From the NCBI RefSeq assembly GCF_009914755.1, contig NC_060939.1: a DNA stretch of 64,000 nucleotides; one strand, written 5' to 3'. The DNA comes from the human T2T-CHM13v2.0 reference genome, Homo sapiens. This document shows positions 52,150 through 64,000 of the stretch, piece after piece. The notes under the pieces are model-generated. The model saw nothing but the letters and a program-made list of their open reading frames with translations, made no database searches and had not been told where the DNA came from. The position numbers and the translations under genes were made by a program. The stretch's first letter is position 1, and every line of letters begins with the position of its first letter.

Positions 52150-52677
52150 ACAATGGAGTACTATTCAGCCATAAAAAGAATGAGATCCTGTCATTTGCAA
52201 GAACGTGGATGGAACTGGAGGTCATTATGTTAAGTGAAATAAGCCAAGCACAGAAAAACAGACTTTGCCTGTTTTCACTTATTTTCAGGAGCTAGAAATT
52301 AAAACAATTGAACTTATGGAGATAGGGAACAGAATGATGGTTGCCAGGGGCTGGGAAGGGTAGTGGGTGGGGTGGGGGGGAAGGAAGTGGAGATGGTTAA
52401 TGGGTACAAAAAAATAGTTAGAAAGAATGAATAAGATCTAGTATGTGATAGCACAACAGGGTGACTATAGTCAATAATAATTTAATTGTACATTTAAAAA
52501 TAACTAAAGGAGTAGAATTGGATTGTTTATAGCAGAGAGGGTAAATGTTTGAGGCAATGGATACCCCCATTTACCCTGATGTGATCCTTATGTATTGTAT
52601 GCCTGTATCAAAATATCTTATGTACCCCATAAGTATATACACATACTATGTATGCATAAAAATTAAAAATAAAAAAA
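52150..52677 (+). mobile_element. L1MA-type (L1MA2/3-like) 3' UTR
   Basis: caatggagtactattcagccataaaaagaatgagatcctgtcatttgca...gatagcacaacagggtgactatagtcaataataatttaattgtaca...A-tail. Confidence 0.92.
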
Positions 52678-52869
52678 TGGAAAAATAAACAATATGGTAA
52701 ATAATATGTGACAGGAAGAACTGGGACAATCTTGAGCTTGAAGGTGAAAGATACAAATGAAAAAGCTATAAAGAGTTGAAGAAGGCAAAAGAAGCAATGT
52801 GGAGGCAGAAGATAGAGAAAGGATGAAGAAAAAAGGAGAAGCTGACATGTCTCTCTGATGTCTCCCATC

Positions 52870-53645
52870 ATCACTGTGATTCTTTCATTTCCTCAGACCA
52901 AAAGCCTTGGAGTCATCCCTAATTATTTCTTACCACCTAATCAGCAAATCTTGTTGGCTCTACCCTTAACATCCATTCAAATTTGACCATCTCTCACCAT
53001 CCCCACAATCATCTCTTAACTAAATTTTTGCAATATCTACCTAAATTATATGCAATTTTGTCTTTGCAATCTATTCTTATAGTAATTAAGATAACCTATT
53101 AAATGTTTGTGAGATCACGTAATTTCTCTGTTCAAAGCTCTCCAATGGCTCTCCATCGGCGTCAAGGTAAGTCAATGTCCCTTTAACTCTCCAATCTCAA
53201 CTCCTACTATCATGCTCACTCACTCTATTCCAGCCACATTGGCCTCCTCTCTATCCTCTCTAATCCAGATCCACTACTACCTCTAGTCCTTTGAATTTTC
53301 TCTTTCGAGGCAAGGAAGAGCCTGGCTGATTCCATATGGCTATTTCAAAATTCTAGTTCTCAGTATGATCTTCCCTGGCCACATACCTAGATTGAACGCC
53401 CCTTCTCATGATTCATCTGCCTGCCCATGCTTTCTTTTTTCTCCTTAGGTTTTGGCACTAAATAATTTACTCAGTTATCTTGTGCATAGTCTGATGCTCA
53501 AGTAAAATGTTAGCTTAATGAGAGATTTTTGCCTTTTCCATTTTTTTTTTTTTTGGATCACTGATACATCCCCAGTGCCTGGAACACTGACTGATATGCA
53601 GTAGGTGCTGAACAAATATTTGTTGAATAAGTTAATGAATAAATG
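52870..53645 (+). mobile_element. L2a 3' part
   Basis: ccttggagtcatccct...cagcaaatcttgttggctctacc...ccccagtgcctggaaca...gtaggtgctgaacaaatatttgttgaat. Confidence 0.85.
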
Positions 53646-54834
53646 TGCAAATCATGTTCTGTTTCCAAGGCCACCACCGAAATTTCTGTCAACACCTTTG
53701 TCCTTAGGGGCACTAATTTCTACCACCACATCTTCAAGTGGCCTTGCGCACTCTGTTTTATGGATTTCTCCAATGCATATCCACCTACAGAGTGGTGAGA
53801 TCATCAGACCAAGGGAAATATGATGCTTTCTACAAATAACAAGTCTTTTCTTGACATATTCTTACTCATATCCTTGATATATTCTTACAGAGTGATTCCC
53901 AATGTTACATAGAGAAGTGCAGAGAAGCCCAGATTACCTGGTTGTCACCTGTCTCCATATGACTGTTTGGATAGGAACAGAATAAGGATGTGTTAGGGGG
54001 AAACTCTCCATCTCTCTCCAGAACCACACACTTCACCTAGAGTTGGCCTCTCTTCCTGGACTAAGAGGAATTTCATTTTTGTAAAAATTTTATAAAATAG
54101 GTAAGATAATAAATTCATTGAAATAGTGATAACTAAACAGAATAATCTCATTAAGATTATGGGATTGAACTAAAGATGAGAATTCACAATTGAAAATCAG
54201 AAACAGCCTCTCATAAGGAAGACATATTAAGCCTTGCTCTTAGATAAAGGAAAACTATACCCACACTCTAAACCCATTTAATACCAAGCAAATTCTCCAA
54301 AGGATAGTTGCAATTTTTTTTTTTTAGAGATAGATTAGACAACTTTCTACTGACTAAAGAACTACCTACTTGGTCAGCGGAATTTATCAAGCATACCAAA
54401 TTGCCAGATTATGCATAAAAAGAAGTATATGTGCAAGGAAAAGGGACCAGAGTCACATATTTTGACTCTGAGAGAGGCCACTGTTCTCCAGACCGAAAGA
54501 TTGCTAAAGCCATGATTGGCAGGTACCAAATCCTTTGACTACCAAGAAACCAGAATAAAGGGTTTGGCCAAAACTGGAGAATAAACTAAGAAAATCTCCA
54601 GAAAGGACAGAAACTACATCTAGAAGTCAAAAGTCATTCTTTTAAGCCTTTGGAACTTTCTGTATTTTACCTTTCCCCTAGTCTTTACTGCTTACTTTGT
54701 CAGTATTTTCCATGATCATGAATTTTATTCATTTTGTCTATTTTATTATACAAATTCATACAGTTTTAAATCATATGTGGAATAAAGCAAAAAAGCTGGC
54801 TAGCTAAATATAGTAGATGTACATGTATAAAGAC

Positions 54835-54935
54835 ATATTATTCATATTTTACAGATGAGGAAACTGAAACTCAGAGAATTCAAATGAATATGTCCAAGGT
54901 AACATATCTCACGAAATTCTGGAGCTGAGACACAT
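54835..54935 (-). mobile_element. MIR
   Basis: attttacagatgaggaaactgaaactcagaga...tgtccaaggtaaca. Confidence 0.8.
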
Positions 54936-55559
54936 ATGAGGATCATTCAACCCATGTCCCCTCTACCAAACCACACTTCCTTTCTGTGATATGCCATCAA
55001 ACAAGTGTAATGCTTTGTCCAAAATGCTGATATAGTATAAAACATATTACCTTGTATTGTGTTTGCTTGCACAAGGCTGTTCCCCCAGCTATGGTACGAA
55101 CTCTTCAAGTTTTCGTATGTAAACATGGAGTGATCAGTCAGATTTGCGTGTCTGCACACAGCCCTGTGATAAGCCCAGTGCCAGCAAAGCAATATTCATC
55201 CTGGCTAGAAGCACGGTCATGTGAGTGCACACACATTCACGTGAGCCTCAGTCTCTCCTAGTGCTCTGCCCTCTACCCATTTCTGGCTCTCATCCAAGGT
55301 CGTTAATGTGCACACCAGGCTATTGTCCAAAGTAGTGTGTTGGACATGAATGTAGGATTTGGGGCTGACTCTCTTGTCATGGTGCAGTACCAATCATATA
55401 GTAGATTTTTAGTACGAGAAGTTGAATTACTTAAAATGATTACAATGTTAAAATGAGGGATCAATGAGTTGTACATGGACATTTATATTATATTCATTTT
55501 TGTTCTGGCCATAGTAACATTCTTAGCAACATTTAATCTATAATGACTTTGTGAACTCT

Positions 55560-56290
55560 CTTTAGAATCCATTTGCCTCAGGAGGTTTCCCACCACAACC
55601 ATTCAAGACAAGTGAGGGAGGCTTCAAGAAACCCGCTCAGAGACCTCAACATGCAACCCCTAGAATTTGGAGGGCACAGAGCCTGGAGACTGACTGCAGT
55701 CTGGAAAGAGTCCAAATGTGCAAGGCTTGCAGGAGTTATTGCCTTTTATGGTCGAGGAGAAGAAAGGGCTATGGTGAGAGCAGACAGCACTGCCAGAGTT
55801 TATGGGACAAAAGAGCCAAATGGTTCCTTTTAGTCAGAATGGATGCCAGGGAAAGTAGCAGAACTCGAGTTGCCATCAAAGGGCCATGCCCGAGTGGCCA
55901 TCCTTCAGAGTATGATGACTCCAACAGAAAGAATCAGGTCCTCGGATCAGCCAGAGGGTGCATCTCCTCTGCCAGGGAACGAGACTATAATAGGGGTCTC
56001 CAAGGAGCCCCCAAAGTATCTCATTTGCCACCCAGAAGGCTATGATATCATATGAATGACTACTACTAATTAAGACTATTACTCCTCCTTCCCCTTCTCT
56101 CCCTCACCTCATCCTGAGCTTGAAAAGTACGCAAAACAGTAAACACAGAAAGCAAAGACAGACTGCACATCCTTTTTCCCCACTGCAGGTTTCTGAAACT
56201 GAGTGGAGCTGTGAGTCATGGGGCAGAGATAGGGAGAAGATCTAAACTGAATGAGAGGTTAAATATTTAACATTCCAGACACTGGCCTTC
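55560..56290 (+). mobile_element. Possible ancient mammalian Gypsy-type LTR (MamGypLTR-like)
   Basis: GA-rich block ending gggagaagatctaaactgaatgagaggttaaatatttaa; recalled similarity only. Confidence 0.35.
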
Positions 56291-56379
56291 CAAGTTGTAT
56301 ACTCTTTCTGCACATTGTGCTTACTCACAGCAGCTTCCTGTTTTTATAAATACCTATTATACAGTATATATGTCAGACC

Positions 56380-56545
56380 ACATAGGATAGAGCTTAGGAG
56401 CTCTGGCTTATGGAAACAGAGACCCAAACAAGTTACTTAACCTCTCTAAACCCCAGTTTCCTCACATGCAGAAAAAGAATAACAATAACAGTACTTGATC
56501 AGGTTATTGTGAAAAATGAATGTGATAATATATGAGATGCAGTAA
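56380..56545 (+). mobile_element. MIR
   Basis: caagttacttaacctctctaaaccccagtttcctcacatg...ggttattgtgaaaaatgaatgtgataat. Confidence 0.75.
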
Positions 56546-56577
56546 ACAATTCATGCATTTAATTGATATTTATGGAC

Positions 56578-57004
56578 TACATTAGTTTCCCAGGGCTGCT
56601 ATCACAAGTACCATAAGCTCGGTGGCTTAGAACAACAGCAATTTATTGTGTCATTGTTCTGGAGGTCAAAAGTCTGAAATCAAGGTATTGGCAGGGCCAT
56701 GCTCCCTCTGAAGGTGATAGGGAAGGATGTGTCAAAAACTTCTTCCTAGCTCCTTACAGTTTCTTGGCTTGGGGTGGCATAGCTCCCATCTTCACATGGC
56801 GCCCTCCCTGTGTGTCTCTATCTTCACTTGGCCATCCTCTTATCCAGTCACACTGGATTAGGAGCCCATCCTACTCCAGTATGACTTCACCTTCACTAAT
56901 TACATCTGCAACAACCCTATTTCCAAATGAGGTCACACTCTGAGGTACTAGGGATTAGGACCTCAATATATAAATTTTGGGGCTACGTAATTCAGCCCAT
57001 AACA
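56578..57004 (-). mobile_element. MaLR solo LTR (MLT1B/C-like) nested in a minus-strand L2 3' end
   Basis: attagtttcccagggctgct...ggtggcttagaacaacag...ccctatttccaaatgaggtcacactctgaggtactaggg...aattcagcccataaca. Confidence 0.88.
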
Positions 57005-57175
57005 CCTATTAGGCGTTAAACACTTCTAGTTACTGGCAGAACAGCAGTGAACAAACTGTACTTGGGGCATCTGTGTTCTAGTTGGGAAACTCACACAGTA
57101 AATGCACACATAAACCAATAAGATAATTTCAGAAATAGATAAGAACACTGAAGAAAGTAACATAATGGATTAGAC

Positions 57176-57540
57176 CAGTGGTTCTGAAACTTTTTGGTCT
57201 CAGGATCCATTTACCTCTTGGACCCCAGGTTTGTGGCTATGTATAAAATGGTCAATATTTACCACTTTAGAAATATACCCCATTTTATTCATTGTTTCAA
57301 ATTTTAAAATTTGTGGCACATGTTTAATGCTTTGCGTGGAAACACCAAGTTTAATACCAAAAAAGCTAAATAAATGTATGCTCATAAAAATCAAAAATTT
57401 TAGTGTGAACAGCTATAATTCAAAAAACATTTTTATACTGTTACAGAATGTTGGTTCCAGTGCTCACTCAAAAATCATGCTAGTCAAACCACACCTAGCT
57501 GAATACCTAAGCACTGTGTACATACTGGTAAATAATTTAT
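57176..57540. mobile_element. hAT-Charlie (Charlie1-like) fragment, followed by MER5-like pieces to ~57790
   Basis: cagtggttctgaaactttttggtctcaggatccattta terminus. Confidence 0.6.
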
Positions 57541-58359
57541 TGCCACTTACCTCTAAATTTGTAGTTCTCAGGCTAGCTGCACCTTAGAATCACCTGGGCA
57601 GCTTAAACAAACTTGATGACCAGGCACCACCCCAAACCATTTAAATATTTGATCAGAGTTCTGCTGAGTATTAGTGTTACTTTTTTTATTTCATGATAGA
57701 TATTTAAGCTACAATAGCTAGGAAGAATCAAAATCAAATGGACACAACTATTATACAGGTAGGTGACTCTAAGCCAGGACTGAGAACTACTGGTCTAGTT
57801 AAGATGAATATGAGCTCAGAGGCAGAGATTAGTAAAAATCAACCTCTCTCTCAAATATTTTAAGAGTCCTCAGCCTGACCTTGCTTTACTCCAGGTCCAT
57901 CGAATCATTTGGATCCAACATAAATAGGATCAAGAATGCGTACATTACATTAATTCCACCTGTATATAGATGGCCAAGTAATTTCAATGCTGGAAGGAAA
58001 AGTTCAGCTCTTGCTACCTTGAAAAATGCCCAACAATCTGTCCTGCAAAAAGGTTGAAATGTCAAATTACGTTGCTTCCTACAAAAGCGAATTAGAGTGT
58101 GACCTCAAATGTTAATAGATTCAGATCTTTCTTCTACCCTCAGAAGGTCAAGTATTCACAACAGCCATAAAATCTGCACGAATCTACCCTCTCAGGATTT
58201 CTGAGTCTGTAGTAACAAATTATAAAACTAAAGAAAAAGAAATCCCCTATTGAAGGAAACTTATAGTCTAAGAAAAAGTAAGATTTTATGAAGATGCAGC
58301 TAACCAGAGAAAGATGTCATCAATAACAAATTAATACCAATTAATAAGTAACAATAGTT

Positions 58360-58560
58360 ATATCAAGCTTTACAATTTATAAAACACTTTTGCACTTGTC
58401 ACCTGATTCAATCCTTGTAATAGTTGTATTTGGTGACTATTACTTATATTTTCATTTTCTATAAAGGGAAATAGAGATTATAAGAGTTTAAGTGACTCAT
58501 CCAATGTTAATGGCATAGCTAAGACCCAAACTCGGGTCTTTTTCAGGAAATCTTGAGTCT
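58360..58560 (-). mobile_element. MIR
   Basis: aagctttacaatttataaaacacttttgcac...agggaaatagag...gtttaagtgactcatccaatgt. Confidence 0.6.
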
Positions 58561-60908
58561 TTCAACTGCCTTTTCCTATATGTGGGAATGTGTCAGTGTT
58601 TCTTGAACATGTTTTCCTGTTAGATATTACTAGGTAAGAAAGAAAAACTTTCTTACCACACTAAGTAAATGCAAAAATCTATTTTAAATTTTATCAATAC
58701 ATTATACCACTTATAAATCAGAAAGATTTAATTCATTCACTAAAAGAGTGTTTTTCACCAGAGATTACTGGGCATTTTCTATTCTTCGTTATTATTAACA
58801 ACAGTTAAAAACCAATAGTTACACAACTGAATCAGTTTGGGACAGAGTCCTTAAATACTAGATAGAATTCTTTTAAAACTTTTTTTTTGTTTCAATATTC
58901 TCTAAAGCAAGTCAAATACGCTGTAATAACTCTGACAACTAACCAAATAGACATGAATGCAATCATCTCCAGGAGGCAGTTCTAACTTAAGTAAAGAAAC
59001 ACAAGGCTAAAATAAAGAGCTCTCCAGCTTTTCACCTAAAAATCCAATCTAGCAAAGAATGTAGTAATGGTAACTCACATAAAAGGCAAAAGTTTAAGTA
59101 ATAGTGATGAATATGAGACCCAGTCCATGTCTCATTTTAAATAACATCTGTGGCTCTTTGTAATCAATAAAAATAATAGTATGATTCTCTTTACTCTGTG
59201 TTATTGTTTAGAAGCTAAAGGAGAAATAGCTGTCAGCATAACAAGGTACCAGGGAGACTGTCCTCAGATTTTACAAAATCAAACAGCCAAAGCAAGGCTG
59301 GACGGAACAAGAGGCCAGAGGCCACAGAAAAACAGATGCCTTGGCATGAAGGCAGCCTATGAATGTTGGTTTCCCAGGATTTTGATAGCGGGAGTGTTTA
59401 TCTTATTGAAAGCAGAGTCTAATTGAATAAAAGAGTTTTTTTAAATAGTGAGCCATTAATTAGGCGGCATGGGGTAAAGCACAGGCTTTAGTAATGTACA
59501 AGGCTTCTGGGAGCCACAGACTATGCTCATCGATTCTGTCAGAGCGCCAGAGGAATAAGAGAGCCGAATGTTTTGCCTCTTCTGGAAACCTACCTGATAC
59601 ATTTGGAAGTGGCTTCCTCATGCATTGCCTCTCTTCAAATCATCCCATAATTACTCTGGCACTGTAAGCTGCGAACTTGGCGGGCTCTGAGAGATATCAG
59701 ATGTTTTTCTCATGCTTGCTAAACCTCTCTCAGACAAATTTTGCATTGTTTTTTGTGTCAGTTTTATCGTGGAACATCGTGTTGCCATCTGGGAAGAAAA
59801 ACAACATGGCAGAGGAGCAGCTGGTGAATGGCAATGGCCAAATAAACATTGGCAGGCGCCTGCCATTAGGTGAGATAAGAGGGATGGGCAGCCGCCAACG
59901 CCAACGAGCCCTCACCATTGGAACATCTCTCACTGTCCTCTTCTCTTATCTTCATTCAAATTCATGGCAATTTTTTATTCTGAGGCTTAAGCTCTCCAAG
60001 TGTCAGGTGTCGGGCCTTCCCTCCTCTGTCCTGGAGGAAGAGGATAGATCTGTAAAATCCTGGCTGATTGAATTTCTCTCCCTGGGCAGGACAATGGGCA
60101 AGGGGAAGCATCTGATACCTTAACAGAAGGACTCCCTTTTGGGATGAGAAGATACCAAACCTTTACCAAGCTTTCCAACCAATTTGTTGATCTTTTTCTT
60201 TTCTCCCTCATACCTAACACCATCAGTATTCATGGATTTTAAACTCTTAAATCTTTTAAGGACTCCACGTGTTAAACAAATAAAAATAATATAAACTTGC
60301 CATTGATAGCAGGGCAACAAGAGAAGGTAAATTACATCAGATTAACAAAATTATACCCCATACTTCTTTGTTTCTAAGATATAATTTTTCCGTCGTAACA
60401 TTTCTAAAAGTGAGTTGCACAGAATAGATGTCTAAAAAAAATTTGACAACATTCAGACAGCGGAATGAATTGTGAAGTGCCAACAGTCCTCACTGCCTGC
60501 ACACGTGCAAACTAGTGAACACTTAAAGGTGAACATTTGTTCAACTACTTCCGTTGCATTATTTCTATTGGTGGAGCCAACATAGTTGAGTTTTTAACTT
60601 AAGTTTGGATCCCAAGTTTTGTCTTAAAATATCAAAAAAGATTACATTGTGATATAGTATTAATTCCTTTAAATTGTTCAGTTTATAGAAATTTGCTTCA
60701 TAAAAGGCCATGTAATCAAAGGCAATAAGAATTGTGGAATCAATCAAAATAATTCAAAACTTTCTATGTTAGTAGGCATTGGCATGATGAGTACATGTGT
60801 CCTGGAGACTGACCCTCGACATAAAACATCTGTCTGACAAAGCCTTCCAACTGATTTTCAACATATAATTCAATTAAGGGGAAAATTCTCTCTCCCTGCC
60901 CCACTGCC

Positions 60909-60980
60909 TGTGTGTGCGTGTATGTGTGTGTGTGCACCTGTGCGTGTATGTGTGTGTGTGTGCATGTGTGTGTGTGTGTG
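60909..60980. repeat. Imperfect (TG)n, ~70 bp
   Basis: tgtgtgtgcgtgtatgtgtgtgtgtgcacctgtgcgtgtatgtgtg... Confidence 0.95.
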
Positions 60981-62009
60981 AATTTAACCAAAAAAGAAAT
61001 GGAAAAAAATGAAGTTACAGGCAAGAGGAGCAGTACTGTACACCACCATGTCATTTATAAAGGCCAGTGGCTGAGAACCTTTGAATGCTAAAGTGTAAAA
61101 AGCTTAAACAAATATTTGGATTATGATCATTACAAAAATGACATCAAATTATATGCATTATTAGTTATTTTTTAAATGCACAAAACTGATGTACAGATAA
61201 TAGATTGTTTCTTTCATGACCAAAAAAATCATTGATGATGTTACAGGAATTATGCTAACTTTCAGAATGGTTGAGAATCATCTAATTCATCCCTTTATTT
61301 TAAAAACTAAGAAATCTGGTCCTAAGATTCCACACCTCATTTGGGGCAGAACTCAAACAGAATTTATCAGCAAAGCAAGGGGACTTCTGAAAAAGGAGAA
61401 TGTGAAATCATAAAATTGAATGCCTTGTCTCAGGGACAGGTCAAATTAGGACCAGGCAGTAACTCTCCTTAAACAACATTAGAACAAATTCTCCAAAAAA
61501 AAATCCCTGGAACTAAATTAATCCTCCTTTATACATCTATGATTAAACACAATCAAGATGATTGTTGAGGAAAATCTAAGAGAAAATAAATCATAAAGAA
61601 ACTTTTTAAAAGCCTTTTTAGATTCATTTCAACATTACTCATGAAAAAGTCAATCACTCTGAATGTTTCAATAAATTATAATTAATGTGCAGCGAACTTC
61701 TTTCAACAATATTCTATTCATTCTTTTGACATCTGTCAGGTAAGTGCATGACAATGGTTCTTACTTTGATTTGATCTCCAGTGAGATTAATCGTATTAGT
61801 CTCTTGTTATACTTTTAATTTAGAAAATTTGAGATTATAATCCATTAGTCTATGGTCCATAATCTCTCAATTTAATAAGGTTTTACCTATAGACCAGTCT
61901 TAATCAACATTTATAAGACATTTTGTTCTAAAGTAGCAGGAAAATATTTTCCAAAATAAACCCATAATTGTCACAAAGAAGCTACAAGCCTTTTCTTTTC
62001 TAAGCTCGA

Positions 62010-62203
62010 GCATTTATTATGTATGTAAACACCAGATAGACTCTGTTGTGTAATGATGCCAAGAAAGGTGAGTCTTGGCCCCATTTTACTGATGAAGAAA
62101 GAAATTGAAGTCCAGAAATGGTAAATAGCTTCCCCAAGGTCAAGCAGCTCAAAAACTTGGAGAATCTGACCCATAGGCCTGTGACTTTAACCACTATGCT
62201 GTA
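62010..62203 (-). mobile_element. MIR
   Basis: ccccattttactgatgaagaaa...cccaaggtcaagcagct...ctttaaccactatgctgta. Confidence 0.7.
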
Positions 62204-62946
62204 ATAGAAGGTGTTAAATAATCACCAAATTAGCAGACTATAACTAGATATTGTAACTTTTAAGTCAGTTACAGTAATCAGTTAGGCTTCCTGGAAGAGC
62301 TTGAAAATGATATAAGCTTGAAGGATAAATAAACTTGGTAAAGGTAGATGTTGTCAAAGTAAATAAATAAATAAATACAACTGAAAAGAAACTAAAAATA
62401 AAAGGACAACAAGGAAGGGAAACTCAGAAGGGAATAGTTGAAATTTTGCAGAAGGCCTTCAAGAGAAAAAATTTGAGTTAGAATTAAATGCTGGCCAAGG
62501 CAGTGCAAATTAATTTGTAAACGATGGATGTCCCAGTTGGAAGGCTTCCAGAGAGACACAGCAGTATGGGCAGGAAGTAGCCTCCCTGTGATGAGTAAGT
62601 CACCACCTTCCTGTGAAGGGTAATAGCCTCACCTCTCAGTGGGGCTCAGATGACAAAATGCAAGAAGGTGACAAAGCTAATATGATCATTGCATGATGAA
62701 TTAGAACATATAATAACATGGAGATTTTTCACCCCCAAAGATAACATCTTTTCACTTAATAGAATCAATGAAGAAAGAAGCATATCTTTTCACCATTGCA
62801 AATCACCCAGAGCAGCTTCGCCTCTGCAGTGTTGAGATGAGGTGATTTTGAGATAATTACAAGTTAGTCTTCTGATCAAGCAGAAAGTCCCTGTTAGCAA
62901 CAACAGTTCATAAAAATAGAATAAAATATAACCATTAAATAGTAAA

Positions 62947-63345
62947 TGTCTTAGTCTGTTTGTGTAGCGATAACAAAATACCTAAGATTAGGCAATTTTC
63001 AAACAATAGAAATTTGTTTCTCACAGTTCTAGAGGCTACAAGTACAAAATCAAGGTGCTAGCAGGTTCAGTGTCTGGTTATAACTGGGTCTCTGCCTCCA
63101 AGATGGTGTTTTGAATGCTGTGTTCTCTGGAAGGGATGGTTGTTGTGTTTTCACATGGCAGAAGAGATGGAAAGACAAAAAACGGCCTAGCTGTTACAGT
63201 TATCTTCAGCCCTTTTATCAGGCGCTTTTCCCATCCATGAAGTTGGCACCATCGTGGCCTTAAGGCCCTGCCTTTTAATACTGTTGCTTTGCGGATTAAG
63301 TTTCAACATGAATTGTGGAGGGACACAAACATTCAAACCATAACA
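62947..63345 (-). mobile_element. MaLR solo LTR (MSTC/MSTD-like)
   Basis: tgtcttagtctgtttgtgtagcgataacaaaatacc...tctgcctccaagatgg...aagtttcaacatgaattgtggagggacacaaacattcaaaccataaca. Confidence 0.88.
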
Positions 63346-64000
63346 CCAAACATTCCAAGAATTTAACAATAGGGCTATGTAAGTTAAAGTCCAGGCTTTG
63401 AAGGGCCCAGATTCAAGATTCTGAGGCAGGAAAATCTTGTCATATTAACATCGGCAAAAAGGGCACATGGAGTTTGAAAATATAAGCAAAGTATCGAGAG
63501 TAGAAATCAAAAACGATTCTAACATTGCCTACTTTCAAATAGCCAGGCCTGGGATAAGGGGAAGCAGGTATTGAGGGTGTGAGTTCCTGCCAGTGAGTGT
63601 GCATAGATGGGAACCCTGAAGCCTACAGGGTCTGTATAAATATGGAAGGCAATTTATTATGACCTCTAAATGGAGTGCTGGCATGCAATGTCAAGTGCAT
63701 GAGACCCTCCAAGTGGGAATCCTTTGGGAAAGCAAGTGCTAGGAGCTAAGAAGTTCAACCTGACAATGAACTCCTTAAAAAAATGAGATGATATCTTCTT
63801 TATATTAAAATCCTTAGAAGCAAGCACAATTCTCAGTACATATTAAGAGTTCAATAAACATTTGATAAATAAACAGAGGCATGATGTCCCTTCTATGATG
63901 CTGTGAGCTGTAGTAGACACAGAAGCAACCTTGCACAGGGATAAAATAGGATCACTTAGGAGATGTTATCTGAGAAGCACAGGAGTCTCCTTCTTTCGCT

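Noticed and set aside
52346-52385. G-quadruplex-like tract
   Set aside because: Ordinary G-rich segment of the L1 3' UTR
58633-58657. Perfect 10-bp hairpin ggtaagaaag-aaaaa-ctttcttacc containing donor-like motifs
   Set aside because: About one such stem is expected by chance in 64 kb of AT-rich DNA, and there is no associated exon
59677-60123. 148-aa plus-strand ORF
   Set aside because: Non-ATG (TTG) start and no recognisable homology; better explained as non-coding sequence

Overview
Primate (most likely human) genomic DNA, AT-rich and CpG-poor, identified from AluY/AluS/AluJ, L1PA and LTR12 elements. I can support no protein-coding gene. The listed ORFs are short, repeat-derived or low-complexity, so the window reads as a large intron or intergenic region. 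The ends (1-22 kb and 42-64 kb) are dense with interspersed repeats, often nested. The middle (~25.7-41.5 kb) has no recognisable Alu, L1 or LTR and carries CpG-retaining, motif-rich patches and candidate minus-strand exons. Best-supported unusual observations: (1) a local inverted duplication of ~300 bp of L2 sequence (~88% identity), whose left arm was later split by an LTR12 solo LTR while the right arm keeps the empty pre-integration site; (2) a 33-nt tailless U2 snRNA retrocopy with an 11-bp TSD; (3) a CR1/L3 fossil whose RT motifs are still readable; (4) a candidate minus-strand first exon plus two candidate 19-nt microexons. I found no evidence for a new multi-gene system. Repeat subfamily names come from recalled consensus similarity and need RepeatMasker/Dfam confirmation.
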